The position numbers and the translations under genes were made by a program. This document shows positions 1-22,105 of a stretch of DNA of 64,000 bases, piece after piece; position 1 is the first letter of the stretch; each line of letters starts with the position of its first letter. The stretch is taken from positions 18,895,272-18,959,271 of the forward strand of contig CM119270.1 of assembly GCA_051294375.1 (NCBI GenBank), in the 5' to 3' direction. This DNA is from Paraspadella gotoi. Its lineage: Eukaryota > Animalia > Chaetognatha. The notes under the pieces were generated by a model. The model was not told the DNA's origin. It ran no database searches and saw only the letters and a program-made list of their open reading frames with translations.

Positions 1-300
1 TCTTTTTTTCTTTTCTTTTCTTTTCTTTTCTTTTCTTGTCCGAGATGCTCCATCGATTTTTTCGAAAGGGGCAGCGCGGCGGCAGCCTTTGCGAGCAAAA
101 GCAGGAAGGTCCAGGCTCCGTGCCGCGCGGGCTGAAAAGAGGGTCCGGTGCCCCTCGTGGATAGGGATCCGGAGCCCGAACGGAGGACGCGGCTGCCGTG
201 CCCGAGAGGTCGTGGGGTCAAAGACGAAACATCGGTGACTTGTTTGAAGGGAAAGGAAAAGAAAAGGGAGGAAAGAGGAGGAGGAAGAGGAAGAGGAAGA
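1..300 (+). repeat. Direct copy of the GC-rich island at ~10360-10660
   Basis: Read-through alignment: gagatgctc..atcgatttttttcgaaagg..ccgtgccgcgcgggctgaaaagag..cccctcgtggatagggatccggagc..gacttgtttgaagggaaagg occurs here and at 10411-10630 in the same orientation, differing mostly by small indels. Confidence 0.9.
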
Positions 301-1868
301 AGGGGGGGGGGAGAGAAGGAAGGAAATAAAATGGGGTAAAGGTGAAAACGGTAAAAAGGGTAGAGGTAGAGTAAAAAGGTGACAAAGAAGGGAGGCTGCA
401 AAGAAAATATTAAAATAGAGAGGACGTAAGAAACAAGTGAAAAAACGAGGAACAATAATCGGAGAACCGTTGAACAAAGGAAAAAGAGGAGGTTAGGAGA
501 AGAAAAGAGGTAGATGTACCCGAATAGAGACGAACCGGGCTCAAGCGTAGGGCTGGACGTTGCGAGCAAATGTACCCTAAACGATGTAAAACGGGAACGA
601 GAGAATGTCGGGGACAGAACACGTGCCATTTCTTCTTCTTTTCTCCATTTCTCTTTTGCCATTCTCTTCTCTCTTTCCATTTTCCGGGAAATTTCACAGA
701 TTTAAATGCCATAAAAAAACAAATCCGCGAGCCACTACCTCGCTAATTCGCCAGTCGCGGCGACTCGACCCCCAAAAGTTTTTTCTTCTTTCCTTTTTTA
801 TTTTTTTTTCCCGTTTTTTTTCTTTTCATTTGTTTTCTCGTTTTGTTTTGTTTTGTAAAGGAATAATAGAAATCCATATTGTCCGAGAGAGGATTCTAAA
901 AACGCTCAACATCTGTTTTATTTGATTTATTTCGCTTTTTTTTTCAACTCTCTTCTCAGTTCCGTTGGAGAGTTTCTTTGTTACTACTCTTTCACTTTTT
1001 TCACCTTTTTCACTTTTTCACTTTTTCACTTTTTCTTTAACTTTCGAGTAATAGCTCCACTTTAACCCTTTCACCCCCCACCCCCTTCTCCCTTCCTCTC
1101 CTCTTCGCTTCCGTCGACGTCCGAAAAGAGGAAAAGAAAATTTATGTGACGTTGGGCGAATAAAACTGGCCACCTTGGTTAGCGGCCCCGCCCGGCTGTA
1201 AATAGCCCCGTCATTCCGGAAAATATCCCCGGACGCGGCGGCCGCCCTGTAAATAAGCCTCTTTCACCTTGGCCGTCATTCCTCTCACCTTTTATCCTGG
1301 GATGGTGAAAGTTTGGTGAGAGTGAATTTCCGGTTTCATGGTGCAAAAGTGGATTCTATGGCGCGAGAGAGAGCTTTTCTCAGAAATGCGCAAGAGATGT
1401 AGGTTTCAGTGTTGCGTCTTTCCTTTGCAAAATTTAATGTTTTCCATTAAATTTTCTACTTCCTTGTCCTTTTTTCATATCTTCTTTGTTCATATTTATT
1501 TTTATTGAATCTTTTTTTCTTTTCCATATATTCATACCATTTATCCTTTTCCTTTCCCTTTTCCTTTCATATTCCATCAACCGAATCGCTCTCCTATTAT
1601 TATTCGTCCCTTTCCTTCCTTCCCAACTCAGTAATCATGACCGGTGCTCATTCACGCCTCGCGATTCTCATTAATGCTTCGAAAATAATCAAGCTGATTA
1701 TCGTTTTTATTATGGGTTCGACTCTTTACCTTATCACAATCTCTCGCCTCTCACCGCCCACGGACTCACGACGGTTTCACCTTCACATTCACCGTGAATC
1801 CACCCACTCTCTCTATCCTTCTCTCTTCTTTCTCTTTCTCCTCCTCTCTCTTCCTCTCTCTCTCTCTC

Positions 1869-1935
<67 letters not shown>

Positions 1936-2189
1936 CTCGCCTACTCCTTGACGACGACTTATAATGAATTCATGATTTTTCCCTGGCCTATTCACGGCCC
2001 ATCGCTCCAGCTGCAATTTGTTGATTTTTAATTTCAAATTTTCATCGTTTCTTAATTTATATCTGGTTAAAATTAAGGGTTTAAGAATTAAAAAACGGAA
2101 ATTCAATATTCGAATTCCATGTTGGCAGCAGCCGCGAACTTTAAATTAACTTACCTTCGATTAACATCGTGAACACAATTCCTTTTTCC

Positions 2190-2432
2190 TCCACAACTGC
2201 ACAAACAATCGCCTTTTCCAACCCACAAAATGCCACCGACAATCCCTTTTCCACCAAAAATGCCACCACAATCCTTTTTTTCCACCCACAAATTCCACAC
2301 AATCTCTTTTTCTACACAAATGCCACCAACAATCCTTTTTCCACCACAAATTCCACAATCAAATGCCACCACAATCCCTTTTTCCACCACAAATGCCACC
2401 ACAATCCCATTTTTCACCACAAATGCACCACA
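2190..2432 (+). repeat. Minisatellite, ~31-bp unit (ccaccacaaatgccaccacaatcccttttt); mirrored at ~16240-16490
   Basis: About 7-8 degenerate tandem units read directly from the sequence. Confidence 0.8.
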
Positions 2433-3149
2433 AAATCTCTGTCTCCAACTCGCAAACTCGTCCCGATCCGATTCACTTTGACTTTGGGGTCAACACTCGA
2501 TCTCAAGATCTTTGGCGCCGTCTTTATCTCCGCGCTCTTTTCCATTTTTGCGCCAGTGACGCCGTTTTCTTTTCCGTTCAAAGGCCCGTTTGAAGAGACC
2601 TCATCCCCAAGCCCGCTTAACTCACCAGCACCCACCCAATTCATTTGCGTTCATAAAAATCAAACTTTTTTTTCTCTTTTTCTTTTATACTTTTTTTTCT
2701 TTCAGATTTATTTTTATTTTTCCTTATCTCCTTTTATATTGACTCTTTCCTTACTTTTCTCCTATATCTTTATTTTTCACCTTCTCTTTTACCCTTTCTA
2801 TCTGCTTTTTAATTTCTTCTCTCTCTTCCCTTTTTCTTTTCTTTTCTTCCTCTCATTCCTTCTCTTCTCCTTCTCCCGTTTGTTGCTCTCTCTTTTAATT
2901 TCGACTTGCCCTCTTCTCTTTGACGCCCCTTCAATCACATATTTCGCTGCGTATTTGGCTCCGCCCACTTTCTTTTCCCTTCTCTCTCTTTTTTTCTCTT
3001 CTTCTCTTCTCTTCTCTTCTTTTTTTTCTCTTCTTCTTCGCTTCTCTTCTCTCTTCTTCTCTTAATCTGCCCTCATCATTTCATTGCTCCTTTTCCTCTC
3101 CTTCGCGCCCTTTGATTTTTATAGTTTAGTCCGGGCTTGTCTCCGTTTA

Positions 3150-3785
3150 TTTTCTTTCCTTTCCTCCTTTTACTTCTTTCTTTTCTTCCTTATACTTTTC
3201 TGGCATTCCTCCCATTTACTTTCTTTCCTTCACTCCCTCTTTGCTTTCTTTCCTTTCCTCCCTTTTACTTTCTTTTCTTTACTCCCTTTTACTTTCTTTT
3301 CCTTCCTTCCTTATATCTTCTTCCTTTCCTCCCGTATACTTTCTTTCTTCTTCCTTACACTTCTTTCCATTCCTTCATTTACATTCTTTTTCTTCCCACC
3401 CTCTTTGCTTTCTTCTTTTCCTCCCTTTTACTATCTTCCTTAGCTCTCTTTTACTTTTTATTCTTTTCTCGTTTCCTCCTTATTACTTTCTTTCCTTTCC
3501 TCCCTTTTACTTTCTTTCCTTTCCTCCCTTATACTTTCTTTTCCTTACTCCCTTTTTACTTTCTTTTCTTTTCCTTTTATATTTCTTTCCTTTCCTCCCT
3601 TTTGATCTTTTCTTCCCTCCCTTTTACTTTCTTTCCTTTCCTCCTCTTTTATTTTCTTTTCTTCCTCCTATCTTCCTTTTTACTTTCTTTTCCTTTCCTC
3701 CATATTCTTTCTTTCATTTTCTCTTTTCCTCCTTTTAACTTTCTTTCTTTCCTCCTTTTACTTTCTCTCCTTTCCTCTCTTCACC
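3150..3785 (+). repeat. Polypyrimidine minisatellite (ctttcctttcctcccttttactttct-like units); mirrored at ~14870-15515
   Basis: Recurring ttttactttctttcctttcctccc motif. The F/L/S-rich ORFs here are repeat translations. Confidence 0.75.
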
Positions 3786-3923
3786 TTTTGACTCGGGCCG
3801 GGTTTCCTTCTCGTCCCCGGATTTATACCAAGAGGGAAGATTTTCCACGGTCCAAGAATTCTCGAGTCGTATTCCATTTTAACATCGGAAAAGAGAGAGA
3901 GAGATGAGAGAGAGGGAGCGAGT

Positions 3924-3957
<34 letters not shown>

Positions 3958-4092
3958 AAAGAGAGAGAGAGAGAGAGAAAAGAGAGGAGAGAAAGAGAGA
4001 GAAAGAGAGAGAGAGAGTAAACGTATTCCATGGGTACTTCATGATCGTTAAAGAAACTTCGCAATGACAATAAATGCATCGATGACTTCGTC

Positions 4093-4124
<32 letters not shown>

Positions 4125-4131
4125 GAAGGAG

Positions 4132-4175
<44 letters not shown>

Positions 4176-5782
4176 ACGAGAGATAGAGAGAGATGATAGG
4201 AGGGAGAGAAAGCAGAGGACAGAAGAGAGCGTGTTGTATTTGGTTTATTTTCGTAAACCGTACGCCCCTATCGCTCTCTTCCTCGTTCACCCTTCGGCTC
4301 TGCAAAAAGCCGTTCCAATCCACCGGAAAGCGAAATTTGCTCATCCGCATACAAGGATCAGGGGCCAGTATTTGTCAACGCGTCCTAGTTTGTGCCACTG
4401 GCGTCGTACGTACGCAAGTCATGTTGTCCGCCGTAGTTTCGCGCGTCGTTCCATCTGTTTTGCCACGGACTTCAATGCTTCCATTTGTTGCGCATTGTGT
4501 CAGTTGCGTCATTTTCTGAGGCGTCTATTCATCAACTCCACGGCCTTCAACGGCATTTTGCCGCCAGTCTTTCGCATACCGCTCATTTGCCGCCACTCTC
4601 CTGGCGCCACCCCCCCCCCACACGCCACCGCGCCACCGCCCGCAAGCAGCAACTCGCGCCGAGTTCATCAACTGGCCCCCCATTTGCTTCTGCGACGCTG
4701 CCTGACTCCAATTTCTTTCCGTCAACACTGATGCGCTACGACCTTCTGCAAGGATGGAATCCACGTGTGATGCGTCGGAACCCAATCTAGTACAGATTTT
4801 TAACCAATTATTTTTTATTATCCTTAGAAATAAATTTATTCATATTCGTTGAATCAATTAGCTTTTTTAACATTCTATCCTCTAAATCTCATTTGCAGTA
4901 ATAGCAGCATAATGCGGCACAGGTTCAACCCATGGCATCTCTTCATTTTACTGTCAAAATAACTTTGATTGTTTTTAAAATATCTGATTTAGTTATAAAA
5001 TAATATTTATCTTTTCATCGACAATGTTTTGAAGAACTCATTACTTATATACAATTCACCATAAATAATATAATAAAGCCTATTTTACTATTCGGTTGCA
5101 CTATATGTATTTTAAACTGCACGGGCCCAGAACTTAACAATTTCCAAGAAATTCTTTTCTGTTCAGTTAATAAAAAAATAGATCCTCTCAATGAATTCCC
5201 AAGTCTTTAACCAGTTTAATTGTTAATCAGTCTTATAGTTCCCACTTACTTGACGTTGATGGTGCAGGATTGTGCCACCGTGGATTCCGCCCACCTGGAT
5301 TTCTACCCAATAGGATTGGGCCATATAATTGCGGTCATATATTTTTTCGCCCACATAGGTTCCGCCACATATGATTTGCCCACTAAGTCTATCACATCTC
5401 ATATATACTTACTGATACTTCTCCTCATATCAGTAATTCTTCGCGAATCAAGGGATACCATTCGCCAATCAATACGACCTCACTTCGCCAATCATAATCC
5501 TTCGCAAATCACTGCTCTTTCTCTTCGTCACATCAATTGCTACTCTTAGCCAATCAGTATCCTTCGCCAATCACACTGCATCCCCGCCTTAGCCATCAAC
5601 CAAACTACCTGAACGCGATTGATCGACGACCGGAAATACGAGAGACTCGATGAAAGGAGGGAGTAGAGAGGAGGAGGAGGAGGAGGAAGAGAAATCGAGA
5701 AGAGGAACGAAAGAGAAAAGAGAAGGATAAAAGAGAAAAGGGGGGGGCGAGAGGGGGGGAGAGAGAGGCGCGATTCGCGAGA

Positions 5783-5965
5783 GGTCAGGATGTGGAATTC
5801 AATGGAGAGACCAGGATGTAATTTCAAAAGACGTGATGTAATTTGAAAGGACCAGCATGGAATTGCAAAAGACAAGGATGTAATTCCAAAAGACCGGCAT
5901 TATTTCAAAAGACTAGGATGGATTGGACAGATCAGAATGTATCTTGCAAAATACCAGAATGTAAA
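5783..5965 (+). repeat. Degenerate ~21-23-bp tandem repeat (gaccaggatgtaatttcaaaa); mirrored at ~12780-12970
   Basis: Units such as gaccaggatgtaatttcaaaa, gacaaggatgtaattccaaaa and gaccagcatggaattgcaaaa. Confidence 0.65.
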
Positions 5966-7538
5966 TTGATAGACGGATTGTGACTGGACTTAGGCAACGA
6001 TTTCTCGTTCTTCTAATGGTCATCTTGGGGCCGAAGGATTTGCGAAGAGAAAAGGAGAAGGAGCAGTGAATAGATTTAGAGGGAGGCTGTGAATCTCGCT
6101 CTCTATCTCGCTAGAAGAGACGATGATTAATAATTGGAGAGATTTCGAATGATTGAAAGGCTCTTCCGACGATTAAATCTCTCCTGGACCAAAGAGAGAG
6201 ACGAGAAGGGAGAGAGAGAGACGAGAGAAGAGGAGAGGAGGGAGGAGGGAGAGAGAGAAGCGATGAGAGAGAGGAGATGAGTGGACAGAAAGAAAGAGAA
6301 GAATAGGAGAGAGAGGAGGAAGAGAGAGAGGGAGAAGGAGGATTGGTAAGGAAAGGAGAGTAAGGTAAGTTGAAAGTTGCGTTAGAAAGGTAAGGAAGGA
6401 AGGCGGGCGGCGGGTGAAAAGTCGGAGAGTGAGGGAGAGTACTTACCTACCCTGGGTTAGGGCGAGGGAGAGAAAGGTTCAAGCGGAGAGTAAATAAAGA
6501 GGAGTGTGAAGTAGATGTGAAAATGGTCATTTTAAGGGCGGGAGTGAAATGAGGTCAAAGAAGTGAGGTTTAGAGAGTGAGTTGAGAGGAAGATAGGGAA
6601 AATGAAAGATGAGAAGGTAAATAGGTTATAAAATGACTACAGGGGTAGAAAAAAGGGTAAAAAATGGAAATAGCTTGAAGGGAAGAGGTAAGTTCAGGGT
6701 AAGGGCGAAGCTTTATTAAGTTCATTAAACTCGGAAGCGTCCACACGAGAAAAGTAAGATCTGCGGCCAGCGCTGACCTTACCCATCTCTTCGTACCCAC
6801 ACGGCTCTCACAGCCCTTTGCCTGCCCTTTCGAAACCCAAACGGCTGTTCTCTAGCGGCCTTGCCTTACTCTAAAATCCCGTCTACTCGATCTTGTAACC
6901 TTCATTTACCCAACGACGCTCTTCTCTCACGAAAACGACCACTTCTCCTCGGAATTAATCAAAAACCACCCCACCCCACCACCCACCTCTTTCTCGTAAA
7001 TTCCGTCTCATCTTCTTTCCCGGACTTTTCTACCCTAGAAATCTTTTAATTATGATTCTGATTCAGTGTGGGCGACGACGACGACGACGACGACGATAAC
7101 AACAACAAACGTCCCTCGTGTCTCCATCCAAAATACGCGATCTCTCTCTCTCTATCTCTCTCTCTCTCTCTCATCTCTCTCTCTTCTCTCTCTCATCTCT
7201 CTCTCCTCTCTCTCTCTCTCTCTTTTCTCTTTACCCTCTGTCTCCTCCGCTGGCCTGAACTCACTCTATCGCCACCCCCCCACACCAAACAACAAACAGA
7301 GACAGAGACAACGAAGACGCGCCTTCCTTCTTTCAGATTCAAATTAGCGCCCATGAATTTTTTTTTTTTGCGTGGGCTCTTCTTCTCTATCTTTTCGGAA
7401 ATTTCTGATTTCTAGAGAGAGAGAGAGAGAGAGAGAAGAGAGATGAGAGAGAGAGAGAATATCTCCGTCACGCCGGGAGGATTAAAGGGAAGCGAAAATC
7501 TTGTTTTGGTGAAGAAGAAAAATTGAAATGCAACCGGA

Positions 7539-7589
<51 letters not shown>

Positions 7590-7869
7590 TGGAGAGAATG
7601 CAACCGGCCTCCTTTTTTTATTTTTCTCATCAAAGAAACGAATAAAAAGAGGCGAAAAGGAGAGAGAGGGAGATAAATTAATTAAATTTCCAAAAAGTGA
7701 CAAAAGCTCAAAAAAAAAAAAAAAGAAAAATAAAAGAAATGCAGAAAAGGAGAGAATAAAAAAAGGGAGACATAAATTCGAGCATCCGCAAAATTTTTTC
7801 TCTCAATGTTTTCTTTCCAGATTAATTTTTGTTTATTTTTCAAGTTTTGACAACTTTTACACTTTCTTA

Positions 7870-7922
<53 letters not shown>

Positions 7923-8244
7923 GCTCTTCTCTCTCCCTCCCTCCTTTCCATTTTAAAAACTGACCCATAAACTCACTTTCTCCTCCATAACGATCCAACC
8001 TTACTTCCCAAACCATCTCTTCTTCTTCTTCCTCCTCTTCTTCTTCTTTTTTCTTTTTCTTCTTNNNNNNNNNNNNNNNNNNNNNNNNNAAAAAAAAATT
8101 CATGGGCGCTAATTTGAATCTGAAAGAGGAAGGCGCGTCTTCGTTGTCTCTGTCTCTGTCGTTGTTTGGTGTGGGNNNNNNNNNNNNNNNNNNNNNNNNN
8201 AAGAGAGAGATTGGGTCAGTTTTTAAAATGGAAAGGAGGAGGAG

Positions 8245-8291
<47 letters not shown>

Positions 8292-9073
8292 AAAAAACCT
8301 GCCTGGAAGTAACGCGAATCCAAAGTGAAATCGAAATAAATCACAGCTGGACTTCGCGATTAAAAGAGAGAAGAGAGGATTTTGATTTTGTTCGTGAAAG
8401 AGAAAAACGAGGGATTTTTTCTTTTTCACTTTTTTCTTCTTTTTTTGAAAATCGATTTTTGAGAAAAATAAACCAGAAATTCAGAATCAGGGAAAATGAA
8501 TGATGGTTTTTTAAAAAAGATGAATCAGGTTTTATATGTTTGCTTCCTAAATGAATACGAATTGTTTTTTTAAGAAATTGATACAAGAAAAATTGTTTTT
8601 CAAACACAACGAAGTGAAAGGAAAAACTATCGAGAATTATAACATATGAATAAACATATTAAACTTGTGAATACTTCCGCGTTTATTGTCAAAACTGTGA
8701 ACGAAATTTGAAAGATACTGGTCGGAAAATAAGTTTTTTTAATATCATGTTGTATGTTTTGTAATATTAACTATATGAAAATATTGCCAATTACCAAAAG
8801 ATTTCATCGTCAGTCGCGAGTCGGATTCCCTGAACGACGAAGATGTGAAGAAGGAATTTGAAGTTCGGAGAAACGGAAGAAAGATAGAGATAGAGAGGAT
8901 TGATAACGAGAGGAAAAAAGATAGAGATAGAGAGGGATTGAAAAGAGAGAAGAAAGATAGAGATAGAAGAGGATAATTAAAAGAGAGGAAGAAAATACGG
9001 AGAGAGAGAGATGCTCATGAGTTCGACTACGAAGGCGGCCAAAAGGGCGAGAGTAAGATGGAAGTAGAGAGAC

Positions 9074-9105
<32 letters not shown>

Positions 9106-10359
9106 TCAGAATCAGAGATATGAGCAACGGAACCGAGGACTGGTCACGAATGACGGCGGAAGTAAGTCAATGAGGGGACGCGGAGCGCGGGGTGAGGAAT
9201 AAAGACGGGCGTGCCCTAAAGAGGATGAGTGAGACTTGAAAAGGGTAAGTGTGGGGATAAAGAGGCCGTGGCTGAGAGGATAATGAGTGATGGGTAAGGT
9301 CGAACGTCTGGATGAGATGAGGTCTGGGGATTTGAGTTTTGTTTGAAAAGCTACGGAGTAGTTGTGGCTGGAGATTAAGAGGTGAAAGGTTTGAGAAGAT
9401 TTGGAGGAAAAGGTGAGTAAAGATAAGCTCTGGTTTTAGAACTTTTTCCGAGGTAAGCGAATGAACAACGAGATTCGAAGATTATGAGGGTAAGGCCATT
9501 GGTCTTGTGAAAGTGAGCCTCGAAGGGTAAGGTGAAGGAACGAGAACCTTAGAAATGGGTGAGGCGATTGAAGAGGAAAGAGGAAGAAAAGAAAAGAGAA
9601 AGTAAATCGAAAGGAGAGAGAAATCGGTTAAAGGAAAATAAAAAAGATGGAAAAAGAAAAAAAAAAGGAAAAAAAGGTTTAAAAGAGGCGCATTCAGAGT
9701 CGAAAGAGACAAAAAAGGAGGAAGAGAAAAGAAGATAAAAAGGAAAAGAGGAAAGAGATATAAGATCGATGGATTGGAGGAAGAGGAAAAGGAGGAAAAA
9801 GAGAAATGAGATAAGAAAGTGGAGGAAGAAATAGTAATTTGGAACAAGATAGGAAAAGTAAAGAGAAAACTAAAGAGAAAGAAGAAAAGAAAACAGGAAA
9901 GAGTAAACAAAAAATTATATAGCGTAAATTTAATTGATATAATTTAATTGTAAGTTTTAATATTCATCAGCTGAAGTGGAAACGTGGGATGGGCGTGGGC
10001 GGACGACATCACGGTCTGAAAACTTGAAAGGGATTTTGGACTCTCTGGACGCAGGGTCCAGAGATCTGGACGAAAAAAAGTAAGTCGAGACGGTTCTAAC
10101 TAATACGTATAAACTTCCCTTTGAAATGATTCAAAATCGAACGATATTCTAAATGTTGAGCTTTTCTTCGGAAATGATTTTTGGATAGGAGACAAATCTC
10201 CGTCGTGCATGAGTCAACGCTGAAACCCGAAGCCATTTGAGGAGGAAAAATGTCCACATTTGAGTTATTTATCACTTTGTCGATAAAAAGGACTCGACTG
10301 TATTAGGGTCTCCGATAAACTCGACATTTCAAGTTTTTTTTAATCTTTTTCTTTTTCTA

Positions 10360-10660
10360 TTTTCTTCTCCTTTTTTTTCTTTCTTTTTCTTTTCTTATTC
10401 TTTCTTGTCCCGAGATGCTCATCGATTTTTTCGAAAGGCAGCGCGGCGGCAGCCTTTCGAGCAAAAGGCAGGAAGGTCGCAGGCTCCGTGCCGCGCGGGC
10501 TGAAAAGAGGCGTCCGGTGGCCCCTCGTGGATAGGGATCCGGAGCGCACGAACGGAGGACGCGGCTGCCGGGCCGAGAGGTTCCGTGGGGTCAAAGAACG
10601 AAACATCCGTGACTTGTTTGAAGGGAAAGGAAAGAAAAGGGAGGAAAGAGGAGGAGGAAG
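10360..10660 (+). repeat. Second direct copy of the GC-rich island at 1-300
   Basis: Same sequence as 1-300 with indels. Here it runs directly into the right arm of the inverted duplication. Confidence 0.88.
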
Positions 10661-18352
<7,692 letters not shown>

Positions 18353-18879
18353 ATTTCTCATATTCTCCTTTATTCCTTCCTTTTCATTTTTTCCCTTTGT
18401 TTCAATCTCTTCTCCCTTTTTCTCCCTTTCCCTCTCTTACCTTTACTCTTATCTCACATTCCTCTTTATCCCTTCTTTCCTTTATTATCACCCCTCTTTC
18501 CTTCTTCCCCATTTTTTTTCAATTCCCACGAACGAGCGCCATTTCTTTTTCGCTTCGGTTTTTCCTCAACCAATAAAAAAAATGGATAATTAAGAGAATT
18601 AAAAGAATTTGATTCTCGCCAAGGAAAAGAAAAAAGAAGTGAAAGAAAAAAAACTTATGGCGCCGACCGCTAGAGGGGGAGGGAGGGGGGGTCGTGGGCG
18701 GCACGCGCGACATCACGGAGAGAGAGAGAGAATAAATGTCGCGCTAAAATCCAATCGCGCGCGAGAGAGTGAGAGAGAGAAGGGAGAGAGAGAGAGAGAG
18801 AAGACAAGAGAGAGAGATGAGAGAAAGAAGAGAGAAAAAGAGAAAAAAGAAAGAAGAAAGAAAGAAGAGAAGAAAGAAA

Positions 18880-18923
<44 letters not shown>

Positions 18924-19709
18924 AAAGAAAAGAAAGAAAGAAGAAAGAGAAGAAAAGAAAGAAAGAAAAGAAAGAAAAAAGCAAGAATAAAAAAAGAACA
19001 TAACGATAAAGTGAAATTACAGGGAACGATAAAAGCAGAAGGCATTTAGAGTGAGATAACAAGTAAATTCTCGGAAGGTTATCAGGGTGAGGATAAATCC
19101 ACTCTCTCTCTCTTTTCTCTCTCTGTCTCCTCTCTCTCTCTCTCTCCTCTCTTCTCTCTCTCTCTCCCTCCTCTCTCTCTCTCTCTTCTCTCCTCCTTCT
19201 CTCTCTCTCTCTCCTCTCTCTCTTCCCAATCTGGCCTCCAACTTCGATAATTCTGTTGATTCTCCGCTCCAAATCTCTTCGTGGATTAGAGGCAGAAATC
19301 ATTGCAGAGCTGATGGTGGAACCAATGAAAAAGTTGATTTACTGTGCAATAGAATTCGCAATATTGGTCTAATAATATTATTACAATTTACATTCAATTC
19401 ATCATCATTGAAATCTAACGAAGTCGTAGTTGAATTTAAGAATATATTTTATTAACTTTCTAAACAAATTTAATGCGAAATCGTATTAAACATGTTTTCC
19501 CCTCATCGCATTCTCACATTTCACGCTGCAATCGCATTTCGTCACCGTGATCACATGAAATAATCACGTGATGTAGACTAGTCACGTGATGAAGACTCTC
19601 TCTCGTCCCTCCCGAACGACCGTTGCGTCTCAAGTGCTACATCCCTCATTACATTATTTGTAAGGCAGGGCGTCCTCTCATTTGACGGATGGACGAATGC
19701 AACACGTGC

Positions 19710-19924
<215 letters not shown>

Positions 19925-20207
19925 GCTTGACTGGAATTGGATGTAAGGAACTCGCTAAGGGAAGCGAAGCTGAATTTAGTCGATGGCAACGAACAGAAAC
20001 GGATGGCAAACAGGAACGGATGGCGATGAGGATTTGCCTCGATAAATCAAGAGTCAATGTCAAGCATGGCAGCGCTGGCACTGATGGCACTGGGTAACAT
20101 ATGGTATCCATAGCACAGCTGATGGCAACTGATGGCGTTAAAAACCGTTTCGATTGATGGCGTCCATCGCTGGACGAGTGAGAATGGATCATTTTTTTTC
20201 AGTGGGG

Positions 20208-20274
<67 letters not shown>

Positions 20275-21507
20275 GAGCAGAGATGAGAGAGAGGGAGGGC
20301 GAGAAGAGATAGTGACAGAGACAGAGACAGAGACAGAGACAGAGACAGAGTCTGAGTCGGACAGAAAGAGAATTACTCAAAATGATTTCCCTTTTCGCTA
20401 AGTGCCACTTTTCCCAGAAGATAAAGATGTAGTTCAATGACCCTGAATATCAGAGTCGAACCACATCGCTCAAATGTAATCGGCCAGTTTAATGTATAAG
20501 AATTGTAATAAAATAAAATATAACCACACGACTAACAAACGACGTTCACTCGTTTTGTTTATTTAATAATTCACTACCAAACAAAAGGCAAACGGAATTC
20601 GGATCTTTTGTTTTCCCCATTTTTTTTTCGTCACCGCCGACTCATTAACGCGCCATCTTTTGAATTTTTGACGAAGCGTCAAAAACGCTTGACTCTTTTC
20701 CAGCCGTGGGCGACGAGTGACGCTCTCGGTTGACGGGTTTTCTGACGTCACGTGACGTTGACGCGAATTCCCAACGTCTGAAACGTCAAGATTCGAGTGA
20801 CGCGTCAAAAAACGCGGCGCCCTCGTCGACGTCGATGGCGCCATCTCGAGGCCCGACGCGAAATCGGGCGGCGTCTCTCCGCGCGTCAAGTTAACTAGCG
20901 TTGACGTCTCTCGTTTTGCATTCCCCTTGCGATTGCGACTTGGATGTGACGTCGTCTAAAAATAGCGCATTTCCGAGAAAATCGTTTCTCAAAATTTCGG
21001 CGTCGACTTTTTAAAAGGAATTTTCTGGCGCCATTTTCGAAAGCGGCCTCGGCGCTTGTTTATTTAAAGAGCACCGGCGCTAAAATTGAGTGCGACTCTG
21101 CGGCGCCGATTTCAGAATTCAAGTGAAACAGGAGCAAAATTAAGACTTTAAGATGCCAATTTACGGAGTCAAATCTTTAAATTATAACATTGCGACGTTT
21201 AATTTTGACTTTTTATAGCCGACGTTTTGACTACGAGATGTAAACGTTTATTTCCCGCCGCCAATGATCCACTTTCACGCCCAAAACCTTCGACCGCGCC
21301 CACCGTCTCCTTCGCGGCGCCAAAAAAGGTCAACGCGCGAAAAAAAAATGTCAAGTTGAATCACGTGATCAAAACTCGCACGCGCCCGACTCGATTTAAC
21401 GAGGAATTCGCATTCGGCGAACATTTCGTTTTAAGACTACGCGATTTAGCATTGGCCCGTTTTTACGGCGTCTCACTTTTAGCGAGAGAGAGAGAGAAAG
21501 AGAAAAG

Positions 21508-21639
<132 letters not shown>

Positions 21640-22024
21640 AGAGAGGAGTTTCATTTCTGCGGTCGACGACTGATGACGATGACCTTCGAATCCTCGACAA
21701 GTAAATGACCCTCTCTTTGTTGTTGTTGTTGCCGTCGTCCTCGCCCACAAAACGGAGCAATAAATCTGTAAATCACGGATTGTGAAAGAAATTCACTGGC
21801 GTCTGGAGAGAAAAAAGGGAAGGTCAGTGATGGCGATTCCGCCAGTCGGCGGCGTCGAAATTGATGGTTTTCCGGAAGCGATGGCGTCGGAAGTGATGGC
21901 ACGCCCGAATTGATGGAAGAGAAAATGATGGACCGAATACAATGAGCGATGATTGAGGCAAAGAATGCGAGAGAGAGAGAAAGAGCGATTGGCCGGAACG
22001 ATGGCCGGATGACCATTGGGGGGA

Positions 22025-22105
<81 letters not shown>

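Larger units (their letters stand above)
302..8064 (-). repeat. Left arm of a ~7.7 kb inverted duplication (reverse complement of ~10661-18352)
   Basis: 302-420 is the reverse complement of ~18230-18352, 2140-2170 of ~16500-16530, 4020-4095 of ~14550-14630, and 7950-8064 of ~10665-10790. The ORF track shows mirrored peptides (MNTIPFSSTTA at 2169+ and 16498-; MSFAIPCWSFQIT at 5875- and 12879+). Confidence 0.92.

Noticed and set aside
2169-3907. Long ORFs of 165-298 aa rich in F/L/S
   Set aside because: Translations of minisatellite and polypyrimidine tracts that lack stops by composition; not frame-conserved in the duplicated arm.
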